A DNA stretch of 59,023 bases, filler included, from Asterionella formosa (Eukaryota), in assembly GCA_002256025.1 (NCBI GenBank). It is 9 parts of 9 records of this genome, joined end to end, with 100 filler letters (N's around TTAATTAATTAA, not from the genome) between each part and the next. Parts side by side here need not be neighbours in the genome. Positions count along the whole stretch, not along the records: positions 6,581 to 13,056 come from NKIB01012692.1; positions 13,157 to 19,628 come from NKIB01012693.1; positions 19,729 to 26,197 come from NKIB01012694.1; 6 more parts are not named here. The stretch is one strand, 5' to 3'. The position numbers and the translations under genes were made by a program. Of this stretch, positions 10,370-22,103 are shown piece after piece. The notes below the pieces were generated by a model that was given only the letters and a program-made list of their open reading frames with translations, was not told the DNA's origin and searched no databases. Numbering within the stretch: position 1 is the stretch's first letter; every line of letters starts with the position of its first letter.

Positions 10370-13056
10370 TTAAGAAAACAGGTTCCCGTTGTACCATACA
10401 GACAATTAAAACCGGTACAGATCCCTGCGCACCAGCGCCCGATGAAGGCACGTCTGTTGGGATCATGATCCTGGGTTGCTTGATAAGTAAGTACATAAGT
10501 ACATGAACATCAGAGCTGGAAGCGCCAGGAAGCACTACGCGGTTTATCCTTCTAGCAATTGAGTAGTCTCAAAGCGCTTAATATAAGTATTGTTAACTTT
10601 TTTGATACTTGTGATTTTGGCATCAAAATCATCAGCCAACCAATCCAGTTCTTCGCAATAGTCACACTCAAAGAGCCAGGGAAATTCATGAGAAGGGACA
10701 ACTCATTGCAGCAGCCAGCAAATGAGGATCATGATCACCCCACTCATTTCTATTTGGTTTAGTGAATGGTCAGATGGTTTTGAACCAAGATATTCCACCA
10801 AAGCCAATCAAGGGTCAGCATGAATAAATACAATCACCATTGCACCACCACCAAAAAAATTCATTCTTTGGACTAAACATACCCAATTGCAGTCGGGAGG
10901 TCATCCTCAGAAAAACTCTTTTCTGCAGATTTGAAGATCTTGGTCAAAAAAGCAGACCCAGATGGTAAAGCTCTCTATCAGGGTGGAATGAAATCTAATG
11001 TGAGGGTGAACGCTTAACTATTTGTTTCATAAATGACAGACAGAGAGTCATGGGGCAAACTACATCACGTTGGGTTTAGAAACATGCACTATGAGATGGA
11101 GTCACGCAGGAAATGTTTCTAATGTTGCCGACAAATTTGCCAGCCTGCAATGACTGCCTCAATAATCTCAACTCCAATGAGCACCAAGTTAACTGGCCAC
11201 CACCCAGTCAAGTTTGCACGTGTTGGAAAACAATTAATATGATAACATGCTGCATGTTGAATTCCCCAATATTTCCATGTGAATATGATACCTGAATCTA
11301 ATCTACTCTTTACTAGCTACGCTCATCACATATGCGGGCATAATTTCTGCAATTGATTTAATAAATGAAAAAGTGTTCAATGGAAGTTGGAGCTTTCAGG
11401 TTGGATAAGCCTATCTTCAGGTGAGCTTTGTGAATTGAATGCAATTGTCAGTGGTTAGGTTTCAAACAAGAGAGTTTGTCCTCTGTGCTGTCCAGAGGCA
11501 AAATATAACAAGGATTATACCCAGAAATAATCCCTGTTGGACATAAAGATCATAATCATGGTGAAATCGTGAATATTACTACTATCAGCAAATACTTCCA
11601 ATGGACATTGTCAAATTAGTTATGTGACCTGCCAACAAACACCGACTTTACTAATTTTTGTATGCTACTACCAAAACTTAACATGAATGGCATCCCAATT
11701 CCTGCCACCCTGCCTGAATAAACAAAGTGTGTAAACCATGATTGATTCAGAATGGATTGGATTGAAAACCAGGATAATAAGTGCCCCTCTGATGGAACAT
11801 ATTTTATGAAAGAGAGTACATAATACTAAGAACCTAATAAAAATGTATAGTAATTATTTTATTGCGCATTTTTACTAGTCTATTTCTAGGTTGTCTTTGT
11901 TGCACTCCATGGCCCATATATGGTTGGGCGGTTGGATTTTGGGTGGGTAGTCACTTCCTCATGCAGAAGTACGGGTTAAAATTATTTAGGGAAGCATTGA
12001 TCTTGGATCAATTCTCATTGACTAATCTGTTCTTGTCAGCCGGAGAATTGAATTGTGAGTGTTGATTGGGTAAAGAATTTTCTTTGTGTCCCCACTCCTT
12101 GGTGCTATTTCTCTTCATCTTTTTATTGTTCAGTATGTACTGTGTAGGTATGGTGGGACGGAAATGATCTGTTTGGTTCTGATTTCGATGCATTGACATG
12201 GTCAAAAGACAAGCCTTAGCTACTCAATTCAATCATGCTGCCTTATGGATTCCGGTCAATATCTCCATGATTTTCTTGTCAATTTTTTTGGTTCTTTCAT
12301 CTGCTTGTAGCGTTTTGTATACTGTGTAGCTGCAGCGGCGCTGAAACGGAGTCATTTGATGGTGTAGCTGTAAATAGTATACATCACCCCCTATGGTGAG
12401 AGAGGGTGCTTACTAGCCAGCGCTTGTACGATTGCAGTGATAGTACTGCCTAACTTACTTTCTACTGTTTACATTTGGGTACTTTGACAAAATTGTAACC
12501 TAATAATAAACATAATATTCAAATTTTCTCAATGTATATTAATAAACCACATAATATATCAATTTGCTTTGATCCCAATTGGTAGAAACATTTCAAACCC
12601 TAAACCTAAGGCCAACAATAGATAACAATTTGGAAACTCAATTGGTAGTAAAATTAAAATTGATACCAATTTGGATCCAAATTGGCATTTCTGTCTACAT
12701 CATATTGGTATACAAATCCGATTTAGCAAAACAAATTTCAAAATTTGGGTTTTGGACACTTGAAAAAATCCCAAAAACCTCGAAATCCCGATGTGGGGTC
12801 CAAATTGGGTGCTAAACAGCTAAATTGGTTACCGGTACTTCTCGATTTCTGTGTACAGGCATGTACAAAATTTTTCACACTTGTACTCGCCCTGGTACCT
12901 GATACCTGTAATAAGAAATGATTTATCTTTTATCACCCCACATCCACGGACCATGTCGTAGGCATCACCGGATCAATTAGATCCAAGATTAAAATTCCTA
13001 TGTTTTGTACTCCGAGTACTCACCAAACAACAAGCATCTTAAAATCAGGAACACGA

Positions 13057-13156
13057 NNNNNNNNNNNNNNNNNNNNNNNNNNNNNNNNNNNNNNNNNNNN
13101 TTAATTAATTAANNNNNNNNNNNNNNNNNNNNNNNNNNNNNNNNNNNNNNNNNNNN
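13057..13156. other. Artificial contig linker
   Basis: Same N44-TTAATTAATTAA-N44 linker. Confidence 0.98.
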
Positions 13157-13200
13157 TTATGATTTGTGGCAAAATTTTTGAAGCTTTAGATATTATCATT

Positions 13201-13350
13201 TTGGAAGATATAGCAAAATTTTTGATTTGGCAAATAAAGTAAACTGTACTTTATTCAAGTAAAGTTCACTTTGGGTCATTAGGTCATTGCTCGATTCAAG
13301 TAAAGTTTACTTTATCTGCCAAATCAAAAACATTTTGCTAAATCTGCCAA
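13201..13350. repeat. Imperfect ~50-bp inverted repeat (fold-back/MITE-like)
   Basis: TTGGAAGATATAGCAAAATTTTTGATTTGGCAAATAAAGTAAACT versus AGTTTACTTTATCTGCCAAATCAAAAACATTTTGCTAAATCTGCCAA. Confidence 0.75.
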
Positions 13351-13950
13351 GAACTTGATTATAGCCAAAGTGATGGCGTGCCAACTCGAAAGTATTACAG
13401 TTTCAAAGATTTCTTCTTTATCGGCCTATCTGCCTCTAATTGACTTGCAACTGTTATAGTTAAAACTCTTTCCATGTTAACTGTAATATTCCAAACATGG
13501 TAGAGGTGATGGGGTTGGTTGCCATTATTACATTAACAACAATGATCCTAGTCGAGCTACGTTTTCGGGGCCTCGATGTTCTTCATTATTACAATCAATT
13601 TTATTTATTTTAGAAAAAGATGGTCGAGCTAAATTAATTTGCATCACACACACTATGAATAAAAATGCTTCTAGTACACGTTCCAGCAAGAAGGGACATA
13701 AAAGAGCAATTGTTTCTGCTGCATCTGCGCGGGCTGTAAAGCTACTAGGTAGGAGTAATTAGCATCTGGTACCATGTACCTGGTACTATTACTAGCTATC
13801 AAACGTAAGTACGAAATTGGAACATAGCTCCAACGATGTATACCGGTAGTATGAATACGGACATGAGAGAGTGCCGGCCGGAAAGGAGCAAAGGAGTAGA
13901 AAGCCTTCAACACAGCCAGCAGTCAGTACACACGGAGAGTAGCTACCAGG

Positions 13951-14138
13951 TGAAGTATCTAACCAGAAGTAGTAGTATTTGTTGAATATATGATCTTATT
14001 TGTTAATCGTTATGGGTAACTCGTTCTCTAAGTCGACACCAAAGTATACAATGAGGGTTAGTCGAGTTCTCTCATTATTGAGTTCTGATATATATGATAA
14101 AACACTAACCCTACTGTATTGATGCGCAAGATCGCTCA
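13951..14138 (-). repeat. Gypsy 3' LTR (188 bp)
   Basis: Direct repeat of 18251-18447; purine tract GGGAGAG adjacent on minus strand. Confidence 0.92.
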
Positions 14139-14159
14139 CTCTCCCACACCACCAAGGGA

Positions 14160-15880
14160 AAACCTTTGACCTTTGAAAAGGTTTGATGCAATAAATATTA
14201 ATTCGTTCCGTAGTATGAATGATGGTTCGTTGAAAAAAAACTGTACCATTGGCATCTACTTGAATAATAGAATAAGGACCTCGTCCACGGTCATCCAAGG
14301 TAGTAGGATTATCCAATAGGATTAAAATCTCATCACCAACTTTGTAATCACAAGAACAACGACGGAACTATCACAACGTAGGCATTTGTCAATTATCCCT
14401 TATCGACATTGATATCCCAATATCAATTGCATATCTGTAATCAAAGGAATATTTAATATCATATCATGTTGGAAAACCCAGCCATATTCCTGGTGAAATA
14501 AGCAAAGTGCTAGAAATAGTAGCTCGAGCCGCATATGATGCAGCAAAAAGTGTATCCACGATATTCTTAGCTTGAAATCCCTTGATTGGAGGATGAGCCT
14601 TTAACAAAATTCGTGGAGTGTTACTGATAGATTGATGTAAACGTTCCCAGATAGCATTTGTTTGTGGATTCTTGACTGTAATGGTCAATTTTTAATTCCA
14701 TTCAACACTAACATCATGTGTATGAAAGGAATACCAGTAAATTCAACTCCATTGTCATGTATACAACGTTCGGACAGTGATATCTGTCTAACCAATCATT
14801 TTCAAATTTCATCGCAATATATTCTGATGTCTTATTATTGATACGTGAAATTTCTGGTAAATTTGGTGACTGTGTTAAACTCAAGTTAGAGCACGAAATT
14901 CAATCGTTTGTGCAGCCACTGTTATCTTCCATGGACCAATGAAATCAACTGTGACTTCTGACCATTGTAATAACAATGTATTACTTGTTGGAATTTCACC
15001 AAAACCCAGCACCAGTTAATTTTTTACGTTTTGACAGGCTTCATACATGCTTGCAATTTGTTCCACTCTTATTTTAATGGAGGGTTGCAATATGTTCCAC
15101 TCTTGCTTTTAATGGAGGTTAATAAAAATGTGTAGAAATTGTAGCATTTAATCTTGTCATACCCACATGAGCCAACATCTAATGATACCAATTAATAATA
15201 AGATCCAACAGTGATGTAGGAATAGCAACATGCCAAGTATCTCCTGGATTCTTCACAAAACATGATAGAGGGAAATTTTAACGGATGTGTTTGTTGATTG
15301 AAAATGAGATGGCTGTGTTGTTTGATTGAGAATCAATTGTTTATCCAGAAATTTTCTATCAGCCATGTATTGCATTATAATCCAGAGGATATTGAATATT
15401 GTCTGCCAAGATTGGATGATTGAGGAAACAGTTCAACAGAGGTTCATCATCTAATTCAATTGAGAAAGTAGAAGTGGATGTTGATGCTAAAATATTTCGG
15501 CCCAATATCATCCCCCACCAAAGACTCAAGCCTCGGGAGGCGAGAGATAGAATCTGTAATATTTGACATCATCAGTACCCTTCATATTGTGAAAAGTATG
15601 AAGAAGATATACTTCAATATAAAGCCTCCATCGGAGAAGACGTTGAGTGTCTGTGTAGGGTATTATAAATAAAAATACGATGCTCAGTGTGAACATGTAG
15701 AACCGCATTCAATGACATAGAGCGAAATTCTTTGAAAGTTTCTTAATTGACAATCAGAAACATCAGTAAAAATATGGATAGGAAAATTACGATCAGGATA
15801 CCGCATGAGTGTATCTGCAACTAACAATTCTTTCATTGAATCAAAAGCTTCTTGATGGATGCATAGGTAACCAGACAAAC
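14160..15880 (-). pseudogene. Gypsy pol remnant: RNase H and integrase
   Basis: EAFDSMKELLVADTLMRYPDRNFPIHIFTDVSDCQL; QRLLRWRLYIE; TVKNPQTNAIWERLHQ; GPYSIIQVDANGTV (GPY/F); many stops and frameshifts. Confidence 0.88.
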
Positions 15881-18250
15881 GGACCAGTTCTATTTAAATC
15901 CTTTTTTAATTTTGAAGACCAAAATTTGAGATCTGTTGGATTTTATTGATATCCCAATGAGTCAGTTTCTTCAACAGACCATTTCATTTGGAATTGTGCT
16001 TGATGACTTGTGGTTAAATACATTTATTTCAGCCATATCAGCAGCTTTCCGTATCTGTATAGTTTGCAGCTTTAATGTTTCATGTGTTAACATAATTCCT
16101 GATAGGTGTATCAAAATAGAACAATCCATTATGTAAATGTTCTGTATCATTATAGGAATCAATGACATGCAGAAAAAACTGATGTATCCACTACACAGGA
16201 CATAGTATTTTGTACAAAATCCATCATAAATTAACCAGCTGGACAAATGAGTAAACTTGCAGAATGTACTAAGACCAGGTACTTCTGGTGCAGAATACTA
16301 GCTGACGGATTAAATTTTGGGAGCATCATGTTTTATGAAAGAGTACTGGCAAAGGAAGAAAACATCATACCTGCTATTCATGGTATATATCAAGTATATA
16401 TGCTCGATGGGCAACGAAATGTCCTGAAGTACAATTCATTCATAAGTTAAAGATCAGGACCCACTACGATCAAATAACATTCATCTTATGTCATGTATAT
16501 ACATAGCAGCCACCAATCCTTGGGTTGCTAATGAAATGGGAATGAAATGAAATGAAGCTTATGCATTCTTACGCAAAGAAAGAATGAGACCGGAATCAGG
16601 CCTTCAGATGCGCATATGGAATGATATATTGAATCTACCTTTGCATTTTAAAACATCCAGCGTTAGAATAGCTGCGTTATCCAACCTGCAATTATCCTGT
16701 AAATAACAAATGATATCCAGGTAATGATTGACGTAAGACATATTCAATGTGCTGTCTCTCATAAATATACTATATATATATTATTAAAATCATAGCATTG
16801 CTGTTGTCGCACATACTTCTGTTAAGGCGATCTGTTCAGCATTTTGCTGGTTTTTATTAGGCACATAGGCCATTAGCTGACCAACAGGAGGGTTCATGAC
16901 CACTAAAATTTCCTAGGCAGATTCATAAAAGTCGGCAGGTATGGCCCTCGGCACAGTATCCTAACCAGACATCGCTCATCATAGGGTTAACCCATGGAAT
17001 TCCCATGGATTTGCTTGTATAAAACATGCACGGAAAACATGAATAGCTAGTACTAGGGTTAGCTTTGACAGTATGATAATTCGCTCCACGTGAAATTTCC
17101 ACGCCAGTGGAACATGAACAGGAACAGGGTTTGTAGTGCTAGTAATGTTAACTCGATGGACCTTCTGTTTGACCATTGTTTCACAATCACATGCGTGGCC
17201 GGCTGCATTAAAATGCATGTGCCCTGCCATTGTTGGCAGTTAGTATTATAAAATTATCATGTACAAATTTTCGCGTGAAATAGTTGTTTTCTTGATGCAT
17301 CACACAACTGCATTCAGGAATGCGAAGACGATCTTCTGTTAAAATTGAGACTAGTTACGCTTGTTTTCTTGATGCATCATGGGATTTTCTTCAACTTCAA
17401 CTATTTATATGACGATTTTTGTGGTAGAAAATTGATACCAGGCACGCGCGTTCTCTCGACATAACAAGACTGCCTTCAGCGATGTGAAGTCGATTTCGGC
17501 TTATGGCAGAACTCATGCTTGACGAGGATGTGCTCGAGTTGATCGTTGAATGATTGTTGACTCTCGAAGTAAGTCAAAACCAAGCGAATTAATTATTTTG
17601 TGTTCTTTTCATTGTTCCATTCAAACACTTGCTGCCACGCATTGTCAATAAAGCAAAATGACAATCAACCTCAAATCTTCCTTGGCAGAGACCTCTTGAT
17701 CTTCTGGATGAGGTATCATGAGTTTCAGGAACTTCTTTAAGGTCTTGAGACAGGCAGCGAAGGCGATCATAAACATGTTGAAATGTTTTATTGAGTATTA
17801 TCATGGCATTCACTGATGCTGACTCTCAGAGATACCATGAAGAAGGTAATCTTCCAGCCACATCACCATGACTTTGTTGTTGAGACTATTATGAGACTGA
17901 GCATCTGGGTGTATTGCAACGCTCATCCAGTCAGACAAGACGATATCTGTGAGTCATCTTTTGTAGCAGTAGGTGAACAAGCAAGGAATCTGCTGGACTA
18001 AAGGTATATGAGTTAGCAATATCACAGGATTTACTGAAATCAATCAATAAGCTTCCACTGAGTGTTCACTGATCATATCTTTTTTGAAAGACTCCAACAA
18101 GCATTGACCTGGTAGCGATACACAAAGAGGTCTGAATCTTGGCTGATGTTTAGTGTGTTGTTATCCTTCATCAATGGGACCACTGGAACTTGAGAGGACA
18201 TTATATCAACATGATTATTAATTCTAATTGGAATCGTTTTGAATTCAAAG

Positions 18251-18447
18251 TGAAGTATCTAACTAGAAGTAGTAGTATTTGTTGAATATATGAGCTTATT
18301 TGTTAATCCTTGTGTGTAACTCATTCTCTAAGTCGACACCAAAGTATACAATAAGGGTTAGTTGTGTTCTCTCATTACTGAGTTCTGATTTATATGATAT
18401 AACACTTACCCTATATACGTCTCTGCATTGATGCGCAAGATCGCTCA
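18251..18447 (-). repeat. Gypsy 5' LTR (197 bp)
   Basis: Direct repeat of 13951-14138; followed on the element strand by CTTTGAATTCAAA. Confidence 0.92.
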
Positions 18448-18457
18448 CCAGGTGGTA

Positions 18458-19234
18458 CTCCCTCTGTCTAGTAACAGTTGCATCGATAATTGAAATTTAT
18501 CCGGGACCATTTTGACTCATACGATTTTCTCCGGCTCAATTGCCCTATTGGGCGGCTTGCTCTAAGCTACAGAATCATGTATAGAAAGACTAAAATTGGG
18601 AACTACATTTGAAAAAAACGTTTTTGGGATTTTTCGATTTTCACTTGTAGCTATCTCGAGCAAAATGCAGATGCATGAGGACCCATTTTTCTTCGAACCA
18701 TCTATTCTCAACATACGTGCAAAGTACGATATAACAGTAGAACAACTGCAACTTGCGTTCAATTATGGAATGTGCAACCCCGAAAGTGGCGATGGTGGGA
18801 AGGAAGAAAACGACGGTATGCTCGTTTTGAGGATTGTAACCGTTGAACGTCAGGTGGCACGGTCCATGTAGGTGCAACAACCGTAGAAAGTATAACAAAC
18901 GACAATTTTTCTATTCATGTTATAATTATGATAGTGGCTTGTTGTGTTTGGTTTCCCGCAAATATTTGACTGGCCAGCCGATGTGAAACAGCAGTTGGCG
19001 ATATGTAGATGTATGCAATGAATATGCGTATGTTAAATTTGTTTCGATTAATTTATTTACATGCTAAAAATTTAATTACAGAAACCAAGTATATGTTCAC
19101 GTCTATGTAACTCATTAAAAACGCATTTTTTCGAGTAAGCCGACCCTCACGTAGAACTTTGGTATGTTGGCCACAGAATCCTTCATATGTGGTGGTGCCG
19201 GCGAATCGATGCAACTGTTACTAGACACAGGGAG
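18458..19234. mobile_element. Tc1/mariner-type (Stowaway-like) non-autonomous element, 777 bp
   Basis: 30-bp TIRs CTCCCTCTGTCTAGTAACAGTTGCATCGAT / ATCGATGCAACTGTTACTAGACACAGGGAG with 1 mismatch; TA on both sides; no transposase inside. Confidence 0.9.
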
Positions 19235-19628
19235 TACCAGGTACCAGGATCCTGGAAGCTCCGGTAAAACACGTTTTAACCTTATGAAAGGACTAAGCTA
19301 ATTATCTCGACTTCCGGGCCTTCTTGGGACTTACGATAGAACCTGGAACTTTAAATACATATGTATTAATAGGCATCAGCCAACAATATAAGCTGCCCCC
19401 AGCAACTGTGATAAATACGGGAACAAGATTGCTCGGGTTCTCCGGGGAATTGGTGACTTACCCCTTACCGCACCAACTGATGAATCAGATATCCATAGTA
19501 CTTGATGGGTACTGGTACAACGTGGTTGTACCATCTACGTAGATACATACTAACCTAGTAAAAATTACTGCTGGAACGGCCTCAAGTCACAACTTGTTGG
19601 ACCTACCATTACAGCAGGGCACTAACAG

Positions 19629-19728
19629 NNNNNNNNNNNNNNNNNNNNNNNNNNNNNNNNNNNNNNNNNNNNTTAATTAATTAANNNNNNNNNNNNNNNN
19701 NNNNNNNNNNNNNNNNNNNNNNNNNNNN
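19629..19728. other. Artificial contig linker
   Basis: Same linker. Confidence 0.98.
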
Positions 19729-19909
19729 TTCGATGGAAATAATAATCCTTAAGTAATTAGGAACATGTTACTCTTATTGACTGATGACGATTTGCAGAAT
19801 CAGTCTCTGAACACAACTCGGATTTGCTGATTGATGAACCTGTTCAACAAACTATCTTCTAGCTTTGGAATACAAATAGGAATCATGTTTTCTACATTTA
19901 CAACTTGCT

Positions 19910-19990
19910 TACAATGACTAGAATTTGCTGACTACGACTAGAAGTTGCTGACAATGATTAGAGTTTGCTGACAATGAGCGACTAGAACAT
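19910..19990. repeat. Degenerate ~20-bp minisatellite
   Basis: 3-4 units of (A)ATGACTAGAA.TTGCTGAC; related units at ~20735-20775. Confidence 0.7.
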
Positions 19991-20266
19991 GTGGATACAA
20001 ATAGATTTTCTAACTGATCCTTATGCCAATGAAGTATACTATAGTACATGAACAGACACAACCAATACCCCCTGATAGCCTTGCCAATACTATGAACATA
20101 TGTAATGTTATATCTATATACATGGTCACAGTCATTATCACGCCTGATGCAATAACCTACTACCGGGGTATCACTAAATTTGCAATATCATACACATCAC
20201 ATGCATATCACATGATATAATATGGCTGCCGGTATGCACATAGGATACATGCTCAGGGGACTTGAT

Positions 20267-20640
20267 GTAGCCCTTGCTGAAGCTAGTATATAATTATTTA
20301 GCTTAGATGTTGCGATTTGTCTCTATTTATAAAATGCTACAGTGTAGTTCTTGTGAGTGGCTGGCTGGAGAATCAGCTAATTTCTCCACGAAAAATGAGA
20401 ATGGTGCTTTGCTATAGGGTACATATATCTAACACGTCATAGATAATACAATCATAAAAAATAACTGTAATAAGACTAATATTGACAACGAAAATTGAAG
20501 TCGCCTATGGCGCATTTCTTCATGTACTTTAGATGGCCAATGCACAATTCAAACGACGAAGTTACGACAAGATTTAACACTTTCACAGTATACAACACTC
20601 TACACTACGGCAATCATCTGTAGGCCGAACCAAATTTCGT
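20267..20640 (+). repeat. Partial copy of the 7198-8060 dispersed repeat
   Basis: Shared blocks TAATTATTTAGCT, CTACAGTGTAGTT, ACGAAAA.TGAGAA, ACATATATC, GCC.ATGGC. Confidence 0.75.
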
Positions 20641-20908
20641 TTGATTCTTTATATAACCATATCAATTAATAGTCCATTGACATTTTCAAAATGACTCCTT
20701 TGTTTATGATTACTGATCCAGTTGGTGACTACATATGACTAGATGTTGCTGACAACAACTAGAAGTTACTGATTGGTGAATTCCATTAGGATACCGTCTT
20801 CCAGTTGCTGAATATCATTACCAGTAGTAGTAGGTAAACACGATTTCGATGATCAGAGCACAACTTGGATTTAAAGATGATAATTTAACATTATAGTAAT
20901 TTCTTTAA

Positions 20909-21366
20909 AGGAGTTCGTAGAAAAGGCCAATTTTGTCGAATTTTTGGACAACGATAGCTCAACGTTGGCTGGGTCTGAAGCCGATTTAGATACATAGGTA
21001 ACCTTAAAATAGCATCAATATATAACTTCTGGCGAGAAACTGCAGAAAGGAACTTCGGTTGTTTTTACTTCGCCAAATAAAGTGATTTCCCCCGAAATTT
21101 CTAGTCTTTATAGAATAGTTTAAAAACCGAAGTTCCTTTCTGCAGTTTCTCGCCAGATCCTATATCCTGACGATATATAGCGTTGCCCTATACCCCTACT
21201 TTGGTCAATGACTCTATCTAAGCATATGGAAAGGGTGTCTTTTGGTGAAAGCTCCGTTTAGCGATACACATTTATGCTTTAGTCGTACGAAGTGTGTGTT
21301 TGAGTTCTCTGACTCAATATTATATTTTTAACCCTACCTCTAAACTAGGGTTGAAATGCAGGAACC
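20909..21366 (+). mobile_element. Stand-alone 458-bp copy of the transposon terminal module (solo-LTDR-like or MITE-like) between TTAA sites
   Basis: TTAA|AGGAGTTC...GGAACC|TTAA; perfect 33-bp internal IR at 21028-21060 and 21125-21157; collinear with 9917-10369. Confidence 0.85.
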
Positions 21367-22103
21367 TTAAGCTAAATTCCCGCCCCCCTCTGGTTTCTCG
21401 ATTGCCGGACCCTCCTGGTACCAGGTACCGAGAATCGTACTCGGTAGGCTCTGTAGAGCAGAGCACAAGGCCTAGCTACCGGTAAGTGCCGACAAGCACA
21501 CTCTGTAGTACAAGCTGACAATTAGTCGTGTGCAACATCTCAACCCTGCAAGGAGCAAAGCGGTTCTTGCGATGGATGAAGAAGGACAAGCCAAGAGGCA
21601 GGAGGGTGTTACATACACAAAGTCTTCTCAGATGCCACAGTCATCTCATTGTCTTAAGTACTAGACAAGGTGAGTAGTAGCATATCATTGTTGGATAGAA
21701 GAAAGCCAATTGAATGAAAATCCATTTGATTGAAGAGTAGGAAGGAAGGAAAGTACAAATAATATAGATTCGTTAAAATGTATAATTTAAATACCATTGC
21801 ATGTATTAATTGCTCTTTTCACTTGTTGTTGTTGTTGTTGCTTGTTGTTGCTTCAGCAACGACGACGTCGACAGCTTAAACAATCACAAGGAACATGGAA
21901 AAATTCTACATAGCTATTGAAGTGTTGACTAGACATATCATAGGTACTACACATGTTGAGGATTTCAATAGCAGATAATAATTTGTGGAATATGCAAATT
22001 ATACTGTGGTTTGAGACGTTCCTATTTGTTGAGTGAACAGCGTGGGACATGAAACATCCAGTGCTCCATACATCTAAATGTACGCAACAAAGTTCGAGCT
22101 GCA

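Larger units (their letters stand above)
13951..18447 (-). mobile_element. Decayed Ty3/Gypsy LTR retrotransposon with both LTRs and a 5-bp TSD (CCAGG)
   Basis: LTRs 13951-14138 and 18251-18447 (TGAAG...CTCA on plus); CCAGG at 13946-13950 and 18448-18452; RNase H then integrase order on minus strand; RT not recognisable. Confidence 0.92.

Noticed and set aside
10560..12460. Possible decayed retroelement or gene
   Set aside because: Coding-like composition but no motif I can name; left unannotated. The same applies to 28260-29320, 40490-40850 and 42040-42560.
18596..18871. ORF inside the Tc1/mariner MITE as a transposase
   Set aside because: No HTH or DDD/E motifs in the frames I examined.
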